In this document: positions 13,091 through 27,000 of the stretch, one piece after another
Layout of the letters: each line of letters begins with the position of its first letter
How positions within the stretch are numbered: the first letter of the stretch is position 1
Origin: Mustelus asterias
Lineage: Eukaryota
DNA: 64,000 nucleotides
Direction of reading: 5' to 3'
Assembly (NCBI RefSeq): GCF_964213995.1
Contig: NC_135808.1
Location: forward strand, 12,586,001-12,650,000
The notes under the pieces: model-generated
Seen by the model: the letters and a program-made list of their open reading frames with translations, nothing else
Told to the model about the DNA's origin: nothing
The model's database searches: none
Position numbers and translations under genes: made by a program

Positions 13091-13989
13091 CTCCTCATAC
13101 ATCAACCCTTTCATCCATCTTGTTGACCCAAATTTCTGTGGAGTCAGGCCAACTGTGGAGGCCTTGGAAAATGGTGGGTGGATCGGATTCCTACCTCCAT
13201 TCCTGGCACCGGCCTTTTCCACGGACATTGGATAAAAGTTTCGGTCGCCAGCCCAGGCCTTGCAGTCCCAACTTGGCAAGCTCCATTTTGGACAGTAAGG
13301 CATCTCATTATCCCTCCTTCTGATTTTCATGGAATCTTCCATGACCCAGAGTTCATGACTCCTCGAAGGAGCCGGGAACCACAGTCTGTATTCAGGAATC
13401 TTTTGAAATGCAACTTTAAAAGCTCTTTGCCATTCCCCCTTCATATCTCCCAGAGCCCCTCTGTGTCCTCCCAGTGAGTGCAATCAGTTTTACCTGATGT
13501 TCTCCCATGTCACCCCTAACTCTGTAGTCAACGTGACAGGTTTAGTGTGTGGTGCAGGGGGGAGCATGTGATGCTGTGTCATACCAACACCAGGAAAGCT
13601 CAGCAGGTCAAATTGAAGCAGTCTCTTCCAAAACTACTCTCAGCTCAAGCATGTCGCAGTCATATTTGCTGCTCTACCCTTCTTTACGACTTCACGACCT
13701 CTCGCCTGGGTCCAATGCCACTGATTTCCAACATTGAAACTGTAATCAACTTCAGGTTATTTGGTGGCAGTGATTAGCACTGTTGCCTCACAGCGCCAGG
13801 GACCCGAGTTTGATTCCTGGCTTGGGTCACAGTCTGTGCGGAGTCTGCACGTTCTCCCCGTGCATGCATGGGTTTCCTCCAGGTGCTCCAGTTTTGTCCG
13901 AAAGACGTGCTGGTTAGGTGCATTGGCTATGCTAAATTCTCCCTCAGTGTACCCGAACAGGCACTAGAGTGTGGTGACTCAGGGATTTT

Positions 13990-14965
13990 CACGGTAGATT
14001 GGAGGGTGGCAAATGTTGTGTCTTTGTTTAAAAAGGGCTGCAGTGAAAAGCCTGGGAACTACAGGACGGTGAGCCTCACATATGTAGTGGGCAAGTTGTT
14101 GGAAGGTCATAGTCATAGAGTTTTACAGCATGGAAACAGGCCCTTCGGCCCAACCTGCCTATGCCGCCCTTTTTTAAAAAATCTCAGCTAATCCCAATTG
14201 CCTGCATTTGGCCCATATCCCTCTTACCCATGTAATTGTCTAAATGCTTTTTAAAAGACAAAATTATACCCACCTCTACGACCACCTCTGGCAGCTTGTT
14301 CCAGACACCATCCTGTGTGTGAAGAAATTGCCCCCTGGACACTTTTGCATCTCTCTCCTCTCACCTTAAACCTATGCCCTCTCGTTTTAGACTCCCCTAC
14401 CTTTGGGAAAAGATATTGACTATCTCGCTGATTTATGCCCCTCATTATTTTATAGACTTCTATAAGATCACCCCTCAGCCTTCTACGCTCCAGAAGAAAA
14501 AGGTCCCAAACTATCCAACCTCTCCTTATAACTCAAACCATCAAGTCCCGATAACATCCTAGTAAATCTTTTCTGCACCTTTTCTAGTTGAATATCATCC
14601 TTTCTATATTAGGGTGACCAGAACTATACACAGTATTCCAAGTGTGCCCTTACCAATGCCTTGTACAACTTCAACAAGACGTCCCAACTCCTGTATTCAA
14701 TGTTCTGACCAATGAAACCAAGCATGCTGAATGCCTTCTTCACCACTCTGTCCACCTGTGACTCCACTTTCAAGGAGCTATGAACATGTACCCCGAGATC
14801 TCTTTGTTCTGTAACTCTCCCCAACGCCGACATTAACTGAGTAAGTCCTGCCCTAGTTCTATCTACCAAAATACATCTAAATTAAACTCCATCTGCCATT
14901 CGTCAGCCCACCGACCCAATTGATCAAGATCCCGTTGCAATCCGAGATAACTTTCTTCACATCCA
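13990..14965 (-). mobile_element. CR1 fragments (mainly minus strand)
   Basis: ORFs 14251-14445 and 14624-14869. Confidence 0.8.
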
Positions 14966-15300
14966 TGGAACCACATCCAACTCCCCCTTTCACACACACT
15001 GAACCCCACCCAACTCCCCCTTTCTCACACACTGAACCCCATCCAACTCCCCCTTTCACACACACTGAACCCCACCCAACTCCCCCTTTCTCACACACTG
15101 AACCCCATCCAACTCCCCCTTTCACACACACTGAACCCCACCCAACTCCCCCTTTCTCACAGACTGAACCCCATCCAACTTCCCCTTTCACACAGACTGA
15201 ACCCCATCCAACTCCCTTTCACACACACTGAACCCCATCCAACTCCCCCTTTCACACACACTGAACCCCATCCAACTCCCCCTTTCACACACACTGAATC
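14965..15300. repeat. 33-bp minisatellite (actgaaccccatccaactccccctttcacacac), ~10 copies
   Basis: Direct tandem units; these generate the spurious TEPHPTPPFTH ORF. Confidence 0.95.
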
Positions 15301-15366
15301 CACAAGTCCCCACAAGAGACAAACAAGCTCCAAGTTGATAAATAAGACATTGCACCCCATCTTGGG

Positions 15367-15395
15367 CTCGATCTTAGCCAAAAAGCCGAGAGGCT
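15367..15395 (-). pseudogene. U2 snRNA 5' fragment (nt ~6-31)
   Basis: CTCTCGGCTTTTTGGCTAAGATCGAG (23/26 to U2). Confidence 0.75.
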
Positions 15396-15399
15396 GGGT

Positions 15400-16905
15400 T
15401 TTTTCTCCAAAAATATATTTTATGAATGAAGTATCAGCAAGAACATTACATTCAAAACTGGTCACGCAAAGTGCAATAGCATTTAGTTCTTTACATTCAG
15501 TAACAGTCTAAGAAGGTTCGGTATAATCAAGGAAATGTTAGACTTTACTAATGGTCGTCCAAATGTTGCGATGGTTATTAAAGGTTGTATACATAGAACG
15601 AGTTGCACTCCAAGGTGCTTCAGTACAAACTGAGATACATGTAATATTCACTGCATTTAGTGAGTCATTCAGCCCAAGGGGGTTCTGCATCGTTCAATTC
15701 ACTGTGGCTTAGATAGTGACCTTCCCCATTGCACCTCTGCAGCAGCTGCCCCAAGCTTTAGTGTGTCCCTCAGTACATAGTCCTGGGTTCTGGAAAAGTG
15801 CCAGTTTGAAACACGCACTCGGGACAACTTCTTATACTCCAAGGCCAACAGGTTTTGGGCAGACCAAAGAGTGTCTTTCACCGAGTTGATGATCCTTCAG
15901 CAACATCAGATGTTTGTCTCTGCCAGGGAACAGTCCCGAGAGCACAGAGTCCTGTGTCACGGAGTTGCTCGGGACAAACCTCGACAAAAACCACTTCATC
16001 TCTCTCCAGACCTTCTTTGCAAAGGCACATTGCACAAAGAGGTGGACAAAGGCCTCTTTCCCACCAGTCACGTGCAGATGGGGTGGGATTGTGGATGTGT
16101 AGAAAGGATCTCACCACCAGCCTAGCTAGTCTTGGCGCTTGTTTGAAAGTTCTGATGAGGCATTCTGTCAGATGACTTTGGGAACCATCCGATAGAATCC
16201 ACCATCTCCTTTTCCTGTAGGGCCTCTTGGATGTTACATGCAGACACTGTGATCAAGTGTTTTTCCGCATAAACCTTCCCATGAGGGACAAGTAGTATGG
16301 CATGGTCCAGCTATTTGGAGCGATCTGCAGGAGCATGGCTAAACCCATTCTTCACAACACCAGGGACAGGTAGAGCACCAGTACATAATGACGGTGTTTG
16401 CGTACCGTGGATCTATACACAGCTTGATACAGCCACACACAAAAAGGTGGCCACCAGGGACATCCCCCCACCCCATATCTAAAGGCTTTTGCATCACGTC
16501 CCTACGAACACGCTCCATTGGTGACCGCCCCCCCCCCCCCCCCCCCCAAAGTTGAAGCAGAAAATTGCTCGGGTGATTTTCACAGCTCAGGAGCAAGGAA
16601 TGGGCCAGACCTGCACCACATACAGCAACACCAAGAGTGCCTCACACCTAATGACCAGATTCTTACCTGCAATGGAGAGTGATCATTGCTCCCACAGACC
16701 CAGTTTTCATTATAGCTACTCCCTCCCTCCAATTTTTAATGCATGCCCCTGGTTCCCCCCAAACCACTTCCCCAGCATTCTCAGGCGACAGTGAAGGGGA
16801 CTCAGGATTGGTCTACCCACTTCTCAAAGAACATGGACTTGCTCTTGTCACGATTTACCTTGGCAACCGAGGCCAGTTTGAACCAGTCACAGATGTTGAT
16901 TTTCA
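15400..16905 (-). mobile_element. Tx1-clade LINE 3' portion with A-rich tail
   Basis: HLFVQCAFAKKVWREMKWFLSRFVP, QDYVLRDTLKLGAAAA; tail taaaatatatttttggagaaaaaa. Confidence 0.85.
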
Positions 16906-16920
16906 TTTCACAAAAAGAAT

Positions 16921-16926
16921 TTTATT
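16921..16926 (-). terminator. Candidate polyadenylation signal AATAAA of the SLAM-like gene (~1.1 kb 3'UTR)
   Basis: TTTATT on + at the end of the unique AT-rich stretch 16.9-18.0 kb downstream of the stop codon. Confidence 0.5.
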
Positions 16927-17993
16927 GTGTACAACAAGTACCACGAGGAGAGGATCTACCTCTCAAATATTAAATTTTCAAAACTTCTTTCCAAAGTAAC
17001 AGGAAGACAGTTGACAACAAGTGAAAATGGAATGTCAGTCACTTGGTTAAGCTTATATTTGCATGGACTGGGACAAATTTCTTACCCATATAGTACCTTT
17101 GATTTGAACAGAAATTCAAGTGTAGGAATCAAATCATCTGATCGGTCAGGCTATAAATATAGCGAACAGCCAGCATACCCCGGCTCAACATTTGTATAGA
17201 TTTGCAATGTCCATTGCAAAAGAAAAGCATGGCATTGCACACCACAATTCGTGAATCAAACATCTGAATAAAGTGGCATGTGTCTTTAATTTAACTGGGG
17301 TGTTTCTGTTACAAGGGGTTCCAAACTCTCATTAAACCACAGATAAAACATAAAAGAAGCTCGCTTAAGAGAGAAAGTGAAGCACATGTAAAATAAACAG
17401 GTCACTAGCTTGCTGCTACAGAATTAATGCGTTGTTCTTTCTACAGTGTTGGAATTTGGAAGATAGTCTCCTAGCTTGTCAGCACTCACTTTAAACTGGA
17501 GTGTTGAGAAAATTGAAATTAGCAGAAAACTAAAGAAAGCTGGAGAACATTAAACGTTTACAAGTAATTGTTTCAAGTGGCTGCAGATTGGAGACATTTC
17601 CAGTGAGATACCAGTTTCCAAAAAGCTAGAATATTCAAGTTGGAAATGGAGTATGGGAGATTTAGTTAGAATCTATGAATAAGCTGTATTGCTTAATTTA
17701 TTATAAGTTAAAGCATGTATAAATGTACAAAACGGCCAATAAAAATGTACAAAACGGCCAATAAAAATGTACAAAGGCACAGCCAGCATCTGTTTCAACT
17801 TTTGACTTGCAACTTAAAACGTACAAAGATGGAAAGAGGAGCATCAAAAACCATAGCCTTCCCCCAAAATCAAAAAGCAGTTCAAAAAATTTGGCCCATG
17901 TTCTGCTCACATTGAAAGCACACAAAGGGAAACTGCATTGGCTGTGCCATGCTCACAGGTAGTCAAAATCACAATCACAGTTTTTCATGTAAG

Positions 17994-18029
17994 TCATACT
18001 TCCAGGTCAGCACTCCTGGATTTTGGCTC
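17994..18029 (-). CDS. Exon 6, C-terminus EPKSRSADLEV*
   Basis: Strong polypyrimidine acceptor (ctttctctctttttttctgtAG), phase 0, TGA at 17996-17994. Confidence 0.7.
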   Translation of the reverse strand, partial: EPKSRSADLEV

Positions 18030-21000
18030 CTACAGAAAAAAAGAGAGAAAGGGGATTAAAATGTCTGCAAATGGCAGAAAAGCCTGATTTTTTTGATACA
18101 AAAATGAAGAAAAGCACAGTTCTAACAGTTGGTGACTTGCATTTGATTGTTCTTTGTACATTAGGTTTAAGGCTCCCCTCCCCCTTCAGAAAAAGCTAAT
18201 GGCCAAGATATTCTTGTAAACCATGTCATCATCACCCCATCTAACAATATGCCTTTTTTATGGACTCCACAATAATTCATGTATTTATTGCATTTTATCT
18301 CTATACATGCAGCACTTTCAGAATTGCCCCACTTGCTAAAGCTTAGGCTCATAAAAGATCATTTACTGCAATATGATAAAGACAAATTGGTTATAAGTTT
18401 ACAGCTTTCTAGTGTTGAATATTTAATCCTCTTGTCTGCCTACATGGAGGGAATTGGTTTTATTTCATTTCACTTTTAGATATTGAACGGGGCTTAACAA
18501 TAAAATATTCCCCATTTAGCTATCGGTCTCTGGTAACAAACCATGACATGGATGCATTCTGACAGTACAGTAGCTAGTGGAGCAGTTCCAGTCTTACAAT
18601 CTTGAAGAGCAATTTCAATTTGTTGCACACTTACAAGAACATTCATTTATAGGAAGGTTTGGAGCAACACATGTATATCTAACTTGTCACTTGCATTTGA
18701 TCAGAATACTTACAGAAATTTCATGTTGCCTTGACACCGGATAGGAGTATGGCTGACGTCCAGTTTTCCATTTCAAATCTGTTGATGGCAATATATAATG
18801 AATCATTTTGAATTAAGTTTATTAGTCACAACTAGGCTTACATTAACACTGCAATGAAGTTACTGTGAAAATTCCTTAGTCGCCACTCCGACGCCTGTTC
18901 GGGTACACCAAGGGAGATATAGCATGGCTCATGCATCTCACCTGCACATCTTTCAGACGGTGGAAGGAAACCAGAGCAACCCTACGCAGACACAGGGAGA
19001 ATGTGCAGACTCCACACAGACAGTGACCCAAGCCGGGATCGAATCCAGGTCCCCGGCACTGTGAGGCAGCAGTGCTAACCACTGTGCTACCCACTAGAAT
19101 ATCAGTCTGCAATTTCCTTCCCCCATTAAAACATTTTTCTTCCAAATTTTACCATACAGTGTACCAAAGTTGAACAACTTGCATGAACACCCATTTCCAT
19201 ATTACTGATCTGCTTATTTTGCTGCCCCTGCTGGAGAGAGGAATGTCCCAGGAACGTTAAGCCCCTTCAAAACGTTATGGCATGGGTCCTGCAGCCACAG
19301 GAATAAGACAGCCAAAAGGAGGAAACGCAGTAAGGAAGATGCAAGGTGAACAACTGGTCACATATTAAACAAAATGTCTTCGACCTAGCAAACAAATGGA
19401 TTCGTTTGGGCCAGGCTGGGCTACAAGAGGAACTTCCATATCGTCTTCACTGCATACGTAAAATTTTGCTTCAGAAATACTAGTTATTTGTACCTGGTTA
19501 AGTCAACCACAACTGAGGACTCCAGTGTTCAGAAATTCTGAGCTTATGAGTTTGTAATTTAAAAACTTACAACTTGGAAACCCGAAAAACTTACAACCAC
19601 CACTTAAAAAAGGTGCAAGAAAACCAAAACCCCTTTCTGTTGAAGACAGGTAGTGAGAGGATACATTAGTGTTGCTTAAATTAACCCCCACTCCTGTTTT
19701 TAACAATCAGTAAAACCTAGTGGATAGTCAAGGGCTAACTGCTAAAGGTACAAAACTCTCAATATGTGCTCATGGAGTGAGTGAAGTCAAAAGTTTCAGG
19801 CAGTCACAATTTATTTCCACTTTGTAGCCATTGCAACAGTTTTAAAATGAAACTCACTGCATCGTCAATACTTACACATGATTACAAGTGCAGCGATGAA
19901 TGCCACCACCACAGTAGAAATTACAATTATTTGTACATTGTTTGCTGGTTCTGATGGCTCACATTCTTTACCTGAAATAGATTTTACATAAACACAGTTT
20001 TAATTAGCACATTAACTGAAAGACTCACTACAACACACAACCACGTTATGGAAAGTAACTAGACATTCAGCCGTGGCATCTTGATTACATCACAACTACA
20101 AGAAATCTTTGGTTCCCAACTTGCACTGCCTGCACCATCTCCGGTACATTTGGCATCAAGACTTTGCTGTCTGAAAACAAATCTCAGCAGCAGATCGGTC
20201 TTCGTAAGACAGCAGGTTACATCAGACAATGCCATGAGAGAACTGCTTTAATCAATACACATGGACGCCTGGAGACCAGTGATCTAATTTCTGAAACTAT
20301 GGCTGCTGCTATAAACCAGAATTGGCACACCAAAGTTGCATTCGTTGGAAACATCTGTTTACACATCTGGACATATATGCACTGTAAGTACAGTAGCACA
20401 GTGATTCGCACTGCTACGTCAGCTCCAGGGACATGGAATCAATTCCAGCCTTGGGTGACTGCCTGTGTGGAGTGTGTACATTCTCCGTGTGTCTGCGTGT
20501 GTTTCCTCCAAGTGCTCTGGTTCCTCCCACAGTCCAAAAATGGGTAGGTTATGTGGATTAGCGGGGTAAGTGCATGGTGTAACTGGGATAGGATGAGGGT
20601 TGGGCTCGAGTCGGAGTCAGACTCAAAAGTCCAAATGGCCTCCTTCTGCACTGGAGGGATTCAAATGCTGTTAGCATTCTCTGTCCATTAATTTGTAAGC
20701 ATTAATGAGCAAGTCATTTGTATGTGTCACTTTGTGAACCAAGCTCTGATGATCTGATGCTGAAAGAATCGGTGTCGTAGTTTCAGGGCATTCCATTGTC
20801 TGCTCAATGGAACAAAGGACAAAGAAAATTACAGCACAGGAACAAGCCCTTCAGCCCTCCAAGCCTGTACCGACCATGCTGCCTGAATGAACTAAAACCC
20901 TATACCCTTCCGGGGACCATATCCCTCTATTCCCATCCTATTCATGTATTTGTCAAGACGCCCCTTAAAAGTCACTACCGTATCTGCTTCCACTGCCTCT

Positions 21001-24000
21001 CCCAGCAACGAGTTTCAGGCACCCAGCACCCTCTGTAAAAAATCTGCCTCGTACATCTCCTTTAAACCTTACTCCTCGCACCTTAAACCTGTGCCCCCTA
21101 ATAATTGACTCTTCCACCCTAGGAAAAAGCTTCTGACTATCGATTCTGTCCATACCTCTCAATCTTGTAGACTTCTATCAGGTCACCCCTCAACCTCCGT
21201 CGTTCCAGTGAGAACAAACCAAGTTTCTCCAACCTCTCCTCAAAGCTAATGCCGTCCATATCAGGCAACATCCTGGTAAATCTTTTCTGTACCCTCTCCA
21301 AAGCCTCCTCATCCTTCTGGTAGTGTGGCGACCAGAATTGAACACTATATTCCAAGTGCAGCCTAACTAAGGTTCTATCAAGCTGCAACATGACTTGCCT
21401 ATTTTTAAACTCAATGCCCCGGCTGATGAAGGCAAGCATGCCGTATGCCTTCTTGACTACCATTGCCACTTTCAGTGACCTGTGTACCTGTACACCCAGA
21501 TCCCTTTGCCTATCAATACTTTCAAGGGTTCTGCCATTTACTGCCTCATTGCTATCCGCAAATCCACAAACTTTTGTGTCGTCCGCAAACTTACTAACCA
21601 AACCAGTTACATTTTCCTCCAAATCATTGATACGTATTACAAGCAGCAAAGGTCCCAGCACTGATCCCTGAGGAATGCCACTTGTCACAGCCCTCCATTC
21701 AGAAACGCACCCTTCCACTGCTACCCTCTGTCTTCTTTGACCGAGCCAGTTTTGTATCCACCTTGCCAGCTCACCTCTGATCCCATGCGACTTCACCTTC
21801 TGCACCAGTCTGCCATGAGGGACCTTGTCAAAGGCCTTACTGAAGTCCATGTAGACAACATCCACTGCCCTATCCTCATCAATCATCTTTGTCACTTCCT
21901 CAAAAAACTTGATCAAGTTCATGAGACACGACCTCCCCTTCACAAAAGCATAGAATCATAGAAACCCTACAGTGCAGAAGGAGGCCATTCGGCCCATCGA
22001 GTCTGCACCGACCACAATCCCACCCAGGCCCTACCCCCACATATATATCCGCTAATCCCTCCAACCTACACATCCCAGGACTCCAAGGGGCAATCTTTAA
22101 CCTGGCCAATCAACCTAACCAGCACATCTTTGGACCGTGGGAGGAAACCGGAGCACCCGGAGGAAACCCACGCAGACACGAGGAGAATGTGCAAACTCCA
22201 CACAGACAGTGACCCGAGCCGGAAATCGAACCCAGGACCCTGGAGCTGTGAAGCAGCAGTGCTAACCACTGTGCTACCGTGCCGCCCTACTGTGCTACCG
22301 TGCCGCCCTATCATGGCGCTTCTCACTAATACGCTCATTTATTTCCAAGTGAGAATAAATCCTGTCTGTCTCGAAGAATCCTCTCCAATAATTTCCCTAC
22401 CACTGATGGAAGGGGCGGGAAAGATTGGAAAGAAGCACTGCTTTTTCACAGGAGATCGTGAAGTAAATAATGCAATAAGCACCACACAACTGATCCTGGA
22501 TCACTTACAATACAAACAGTATTGCTTTAAGTGCGCAACTTACATTATAAGTACAGATATTATCTGTACTTAATTAATTGAACTAGAATACAAAGGTTGA
22601 TAATTGTCATTCTTCAAATGAACAGAAATTATCCAAAGCTCTGAGCACCAAAATATGCACTTTAATCTGGTGCTAAAAGGTTAATACTGATGGGACTTGT
22701 GACCAAAGAGGCCACCTAAAATGGTGATTTACAGAGTATGCTGGGATAATTGGACAAGCACCGAAACAGCAGGCTGCAGCTTAACAGACAGAGATAAACA
22801 GGCTACAGCTCAGACGACTGAATACACAGGAAATAGGCCATCCCAAAGACAACGGACACTTTCTGGTCAAACATACTTGTTTACCAGACAAAGTGGAGCC
22901 TTAACCCCCTTATTTCGGATGATGTGGAGATGCCGGCATTGGAATGGGTTAGGCACAGTAAGAAGTCTCACAACACCAGGTTAAAGTCCAACAGGTTTAT
23001 TTGGTAGCACGAGCTTTCAGAGCACTGCCCCTTCATCAGTTGAATGAAGAGTTCAGTTCACAAACACAGCATATATAGACACAAACTCTATTACAAGATA
23101 ATGGTTGGAATGCGAGTCTTTACAGGTACAGACAATGTGAGTGGAGAGAGGGTTAAGCACAGGTTAAAGAGATGTGAATTGTCTCCAACCAGGACAGTTA
23201 GTGAGATTTTGCAAACCCAGGCAAGTCGTGGGGGTTACAGATAGTGTGACATGAACCCAAGATCCTGGTTGAGGCTTGCAAAATCTCACGAACTGTCCTG
23301 GTTGGAGACAACTCACATCTCTTTAACTGGTGCTTAACCCTCTCTCCACTCACATGGTCAGCATCTGTAAAGATTTGATTACCTGTAAAGACTCGCATTC
23401 CAACCATTATCTTGTAATTGAGTCTGTGTCTATATATGCCCTGTTTGTGAACTGAACTCTTCACTCACTTGGCAACGCCCTGAAAGTTTGTGCTACCAAA
23501 TAAACCTGTTGGACTTTAACCAGGTATTGAGAGACTTCTTACTGTCCTTATTTGCGAGGGAGGTGTATGACCTACGTGCCTCCGGCACCTACAGGCATGA
23601 CCGTTGGGTACACACCCAGAGATCGGTGTGGCAGCACCTAATTGGATTCTTATCGATCAGGGTGATCAAGCCCTGATCGATTGATTGACAAGAATCAGGA
23701 GACCGCCCAAAAGGACACAAAACCAAGGAGGGATTAAAGGTGCTGCACAACAGAAGAAGCTCTCTCTCTGACCCCATGAATGAGCAACAACAACGGTGAC
23801 CATCACCAGCAACGACCAGCACGAGGAGAGCCACCACACCCAAGGAGGAAGAAAGACCAGAGCCAGAGTGTCACACCAGACCAAAGGACCAGACTACGCA
23901 GAGCACGACAGAGACCAACACGTGGATGAAGGCCAATGTCTGCCTAGGTACTTGTCAGTCATACAAAAGTTAAGTCAAGGTCTAGTACTGGACTTGAACT

Positions 24001-27000
24001 TTAGTATTTCTGGGTGACTATTAATTGTGTTTAAATAAATATTGTTGTACTAACAAGAAGTCTACTAGCAATTTTGTGTCTACCGTATAAGGGTTAAAAC
24101 AGACTGTGCGGAAGGCACAACAGACTGACTGCATCCTAGCCTTTCAGAACTTGGCTGTGGTGCCCATATAAGGGGGCAGGATTCTGTACCATACAAAAGG
24201 GTGGTGAGGATTATGACCCAGTAAGACTTTTGATTTTGGCCTTCAGTTTAAGGCCGTTCTGCTTGCAAACATGACTGTGGAACCAGCCATAGGGAGAATT
24301 TTATTTCTGGATACATACACTGGTATTTTCAAGAGACACATCCCTCAAGAAGCTCACTAAGGTACGAGAATTATTGCAAAATTTTAAGACTGGTGTCATC
24401 AATGGTTATGCCTGTTGTTTTATCAAATGTGCTTGGGGCTTCCACCAAACATACACAATTTAACAGCAAAAAGTCCTTCATTATGCTGATCTCAACAGCA
24501 TGCAGACCACCCTGTCGAAAATTTAGCTGTTGGATTACTTTCAATTAGTTAGGTCGACTGTGCTTCCCCACATGGATGGCTATAGGATCCCCAAGCAATT
24601 CAAGAGCACTAGAATACTGACAGCTTTTGTGGACTTAACCTCTCACCCCTGAACCCTTTCTTTCTGTCCGTAGAAATAAACTAATCTCCATTCTCCCAAA
24701 TAATCCATCAGGATTCCCACAAGCAGAGGGTTGGATGACTCCTCATCAATATTCCATTGCCCACATTGGGAAGCTTTCCACACTCTGAAGTAAACAGACA
24801 GATTTTTATTTGGGTGCTGCAAGTGTGCATCACCAACCTGTGATTTTCCATCCTGCTCTTCTCTTGTCAGGCAAAGATATTCTTACATTAACACACTATG
24901 AGGGGCGTGCGCAGAGTGGATAACGAGCAGCTGTTCCCCTTAGTTGAAGGGTCAGTCACGGGGGGGGGGGGGGGGTGGAGAGAAAGAGATATGAGGAAAA
25001 ATTTTACTCAGAGGGTGATGACAATCTGGAATGCGCTACCTGGGAGGGTGATAAGAGACGGGTTGCCTCATATCCTTTAAAAAGTACCTGGATAAGCACT
25101 TGGCATGTCATAACATTCAAAGCGCTGGTAGATGGGAATAGGTGGGACGTCAGGTGTTTTTCGCGTGTCCGTACAGACTCAATGGACCGTATGATTCTAT
25201 GATTTTATACCTTTAGCAAGAATGATTTTAATGCACAAGAATACAATATTGAACTTAACTACGAAATGGAATGGGCTTGACTCACCGTAAACAGAAAGAG
25301 TGTTCCAATAAACAGAGGGAGAGAAAGAACAGTTCTTCCTACTAACAGGGTTCTCCATGGTGCAAGTGTAGATCACAAAGTCTAATTTGTCGGCTTTAAA
25401 AATAATCAACGTGCTGTTACTTCGCATCAAGTGATGGCGTTGACTGTTTGTTATCATTCTGCTATCCTTCCACCACAGAATGGAACTTGCTTTCCCCGCT
25501 GGCACTTGACAGGTCAGTTCAATGGTGCCATTCACACAGGTGCCATTGATTGAAGGTTCAGAAAGTGGATCTGCAAGAGAGAATAAGAAAAAGATAAAAC
25601 TGGACTGACCATGAGGACTTCACTCCTTCACCTCAAGTTTGTGTAGTCCATAGAACTCTGTCCTTCACAGGTACCTCACTACATCAGTTCTGAACTGAAC
25701 TTCTCATGCCATAATTCTCCAACATAAAGGCAGTCAGCAGATTAGTTGACCAAGGGCACTATGGTGGCATGGCAGTTAGCACTGCTGCCTCACAGTGCCA
25801 GAGACCTGGGTTCGACTCCTGGCTTGGGTCACTGGCTGTGTGGAATCTACACGTTCACCTTGTGTCTGCGTGGGTTTCCTCCCACAGTCTGAAAGATGTG
25901 CTGGTTAGATGCATTGGCCATACGAAATTAACATAAGAACTAAGAGCAGAGGTAGGCCATTTGGCCCCTCAAGCCTGCTCTGCCATTCAACAAGATCATG
26001 GCTGGTCTTTTCATTGACTCAGCTCCATTTACCCACCCGCTCACCATAATCCTTAATTCCTTCACTGTTCAAAAATCTCTCTTTGCCTTAAAAACATTCA
26101 ATGAGGTAGCCTCAACTGCTTCACTGGGCAGGGAATTCCACAGATTCACCACTCTGTGTGTGAAGAAATTCCTCCTCATCTCAGTCCTAAATCTATTCCC
26201 CCTTGTTTTGAGGCCATGCACCCCAGTTCTGGTTTCACCTGCCAGTGGAAACAAGCTCCCTGCTTCTATCTTATCTATTCTCTTCATAATTTTATATGTT
26301 TCTATCAGATTTCCCCCCCTCAGTCTTCTAAATTTCATTGAGTTTAGTCCCAGCTACTCAGTCTCTCTTCGTAAGCCAACCTCAACTCCAGGATCAACCT
26401 AGTGAATCTCCTCCGCACCCTCTCCATTGCCAGTATATCCTTTCTCAGGTAAGGAGACCAAAACTGTACACAGTACTCCAGGTGTGGCCTCACCAGCACC
26501 TTATACAGCTGCAACATAACCTCGCTGTTTTTATACTCCATCTCTCTTGCAATGAAGGACAAAATTCCATTTGTCTTCTTAATTACTTACTGCACCTGCA
26601 AACCAACTTTTTGCGATCCAGGTCCCACTGCACAGCAGCATGCTGCAATTTTTTTACCACTTAAATAATAGTCCATTTTGCTATTACTCCGACCAAAATG
26701 GATGACCTCACATTTACCAACATTGTACTCCATCTGCCAGACCCTTGCCCACTCAAACTATCTATATCCCTTTACAAACGTTCAATGTCCTCTGCACACT
26801 TTGCTCTACTACTCATCTTAGTGTTATCTGTGAACTTTGACACACTACAGTTGATCCCCAACTCCAAATCATCTATGTAAATTGTAAACAATTGCAGTCC
26901 CAACACTGATCCCTGAGGCACACCACTAGTCAGATCGCCAACCAGAAAAACACCCATTTACCCCCACTCTTTGCTTTCTGTTGGTCAACTAATTCTCTAT

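Noticed and set aside
14877-15465. ORFs with TEPHPTPPFTH / KGGVGWGSVC repeats; also considered as a CRISPR-like array
   Set aside because: Simple 33-bp minisatellite with no unique spacers, in a eukaryotic context.
19365-19385. Alternative tail exon giving ..VIM-CRRHFV*
   Set aside because: Weaker acceptor; the 18714-18778 plus 17994-18029 path has canonical sites, correct phases and paralogue support. Cannot be fully excluded.
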